Part shown: positions 62,627 to 64,000 of the stretch, in pieces | Layout: every line of letters starts with the position of its first letter | How positions within the stretch are numbered: position 1 is the stretch's first letter | IMG/VR virus record: IMGVR_UViG_3300037400_003033 | Span: 747 to 64,746 of that record | Reading direction: 5' to 3' (one strand) | From: a virus | Lineage: Duplodnaviria; Caudoviricetes | DNA: 64,000 nt | The notes under the pieces: generated by a model | Databases searched by the model: none | Told to the model about the DNA's origin: nothing | The model's input: the letters and a program-made list of their open reading frames with translations, nothing else | Program-made: the position numbers and the translations under genes

Positions 62627-63862
62627 TTAATTAACCTCCGACTTTTTTTTGGAAGAATACTTTATACTTCTATAAGTATTTAGCGCCTTCATTCTTCTGT
62701 TTTCTCTGTTGTTATGAATAACGGCAACATCGTAAGCTCCAATTGCAAAACCAGTAAGCCCCATCATATTTCCCGTAAGGAGAGAAATTGTTCCACCTAG
62801 CCCACCTAATAAAGTAAAAATACCAAGGTCTCTAAGAATAACTTTAATTGCTGGATCATTCATGCTGTCCTTTATTTGCCTCTTTGCCTCTTTTAAAACA
62901 GCAACCATTTGCTTTTCCAGCTCTTTTGCATCTTCTTTTGTTTCGGGTGTAACATTATCATTAAATTTTTTTAGTTCTTTAATATTCTTTAATTCTTCTT
63001 GCGCTTTTTTAAGCTGAAGAGTTGTTTTCTTAAATGCTTCTATGGCTCCAGATGATATTGCTTTACCCTCTCTTTTTTTCATAGCGGCACTCATTCTGGT
63101 AATAATTTTATTTGAATCACTTTCAAATTTATTTGCCAATTTTTCAAGTTTATCAAGTTTCTTTGTAACCTTTTTAGAAATCTCTTCCTCTAAAACGTCT
63201 TCTGTTATTCCTCTTGTAAGTGGTGCTTTATTAGCAAGAATAACTTGAAGATTTGGCAACTTCAAAGATTTAGCAAAGTTTACATTCTTCAAATCATCAT
63301 CTACGAATTTAACCTTATCATATTTCTGGCAAATGTTCTTAATTACCATACCTTTCTTTTCTGGGTCGTTTGCTCCAGGATATGCTTTAATTTCGTCATT
63401 TACTGCTGCAGAAATTTCTGACTTAAGTCTATCGCCAATAGGACTAAGTTTTCCATTATCATCTTTAACCTTTAAGAATGCTCTTAAGGCAGCATCTACA
63501 ACATCTTGCAAACCTCTGGCTGTCAAGAAAGCGATATCATAGTTTGCTTTGACATGTGCGTCAAGCAATCTCATCTGCCTAAGAAGTGGTGTTCCACCTA
63601 CGATTGATGCATATACTTTTTCTGGGTCTCTGAACTCTTCATAAGAAAACCAACCCCTATGAGTTGCTGCGTCAGGGTCTTTTGCATATTGATCTGTGGA
63701 AAGTCTAACTGGGTCTTTTCCAGGTTCTCTTTTTATAATACCAATTGCTTTTGAGTCTGCCTGTAGCAAACAATCATCTATATCAAAAAGTATACATCCT
63801 TTTTTGCCTTTTTCAAGTGGCTTTATTTCTTCTACTATATTTATTGCGTCTTGAAAATCCAT
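62627..63862 (-). CDS. HAD-superfamily phosphatase domain fused via ITEDVLEEEIS to a helical/TM module
   Basis: ILFDIDDCLL, FLTARG, KFVDDD; C-terminal hydrophobic helices. Confidence 0.75.
   Translation of the reverse strand: MDFQDAINIVEEIKPLEKGKKGCILFDIDDCLLQADSKAIGIIKREPGKDPVRLSTDQYAKDPDAATHRGWFSYEEFRDPEKVYASIVGGTPLLRQMRLLDAHVKANYDIAFLTARGLQDVVDAALRAFLKVKDDNGKLSPIGDRLKSEISAAVNDEIKAYPGANDPEKKGMVIKNICQKYDKVKFVDDDLKNVNFAKSLKLPNLQVILANKAPLTRGITEDVLEEEISKKVTKKLDKLEKLANKFESDSNKIITRMSAAMKKREGKAISSGAIEAFKKTTLQLKKAQEELKNIKELKKFNDNVTPETKEDAKELEKQMVAVLKEAKRQIKDSMNDPAIKVILRDLGIFTLLGGLGGTISLLTGNMMGLTGFAIGAYDVAVIHNNRENRRMKALNTYRSIKYSSKKKSEVN
63175..63208 (-). repeat. 34-nt repeat encoding ITEDVLEEEIS, copy 2
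   Basis: 33/34 identical to 62193-62226. Confidence 0.9.
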
Positions 63863-63888
63863 ATTATTCTCCTAATTATATAATTAAC

Positions 63889-63999
63889 TTAATATGGAAA
63901 ATAATCTTCTTTAAGGAGTTCTTCATTGTTTACAACAACTGTGTCTGCTGTATAATTTCTTTTGAGATAGTCTCCTTGACTTTCATTTTTTAAAGGTTT
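63889..63999 (-). CDS. 3' end of a truncated CDS with YFPY tag
   Basis: KPLKNESQGDYLKRNYTADTVVVNNEELLKEDYFPY-stop; runs off window; not in track. Confidence 0.75.
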   Translation of the reverse strand, partial: KPLKNESQGDYLKRNYTADTVVVNNEELLKEDYFPY

Positions 64000-64000
64000 T

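Noticed and set aside
416-63993. Numerous short antisense or alternate-frame ORFs in the track (e.g. 16701-17048, 31219-31719, 61243-61590)
   Set aside because: Shadows of long genes on the other strand or frame; no RBS or promoter support.
1-64000. Alternative genetic code
   Set aside because: Long ORFs are intact in code 11, TAG and TGA end real genes, and no CTA/TCA/TTA-anticodon tRNA is present.

Overview
AT-rich segment of a large myovirus (jumbo-phage-like, T4-type morphogenesis genes), standard genetic code, host not determinable from sequence. 1-5.5 kb: a tRNA region with about 21 canonical tRNAs, about 6 atypical tRNA-like elements and more than 1 kb of other structured non-coding sequence. 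5.6-30.4 kb (+ strand): short accessory modules behind sigma70-type promoters (SLT transglycosylase, metallophosphoesterase, membrane GGDEF cyclase, ClpP-like, PC4-like, vWA / rIIA-like GHKL / MoxR AAA triad, HNH). 30.5-64 kb (mostly - strand): neck proteins, ThyX, HemN-like radical SAM, UvsW-like helicase, tail sheath, portal, large terminase and a run of probable head-packaged proteins. Two candidate undescribed systems stand out. (1) Two tRNA clusters are each preceded by a short leader peptide plus terminator/antiterminator, and each leader is built almost entirely from the amino acids served by the tRNAs of its own downstream cluster, suggesting ribosome-sensing attenuators that switch on replacement tRNAs when the matching tRNAs run short. 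(2) Seven mostly unrelated proteins end in the same C-terminal tag E-x(1-3)-YFPY-stop, with N-terminal and internal x-x-E motifs resembling prohead-protease sites and a DNA-level duplicated ITEDVLEEEIS linker, suggesting a capsid-cargo addressing and polyprotein system. A candidate late promoter AAGWTAA sits exactly 4 nt before the ATG of six genes lacking a Shine-Dalgarno. All RNA folds and family calls were made by eye; no searches were run.
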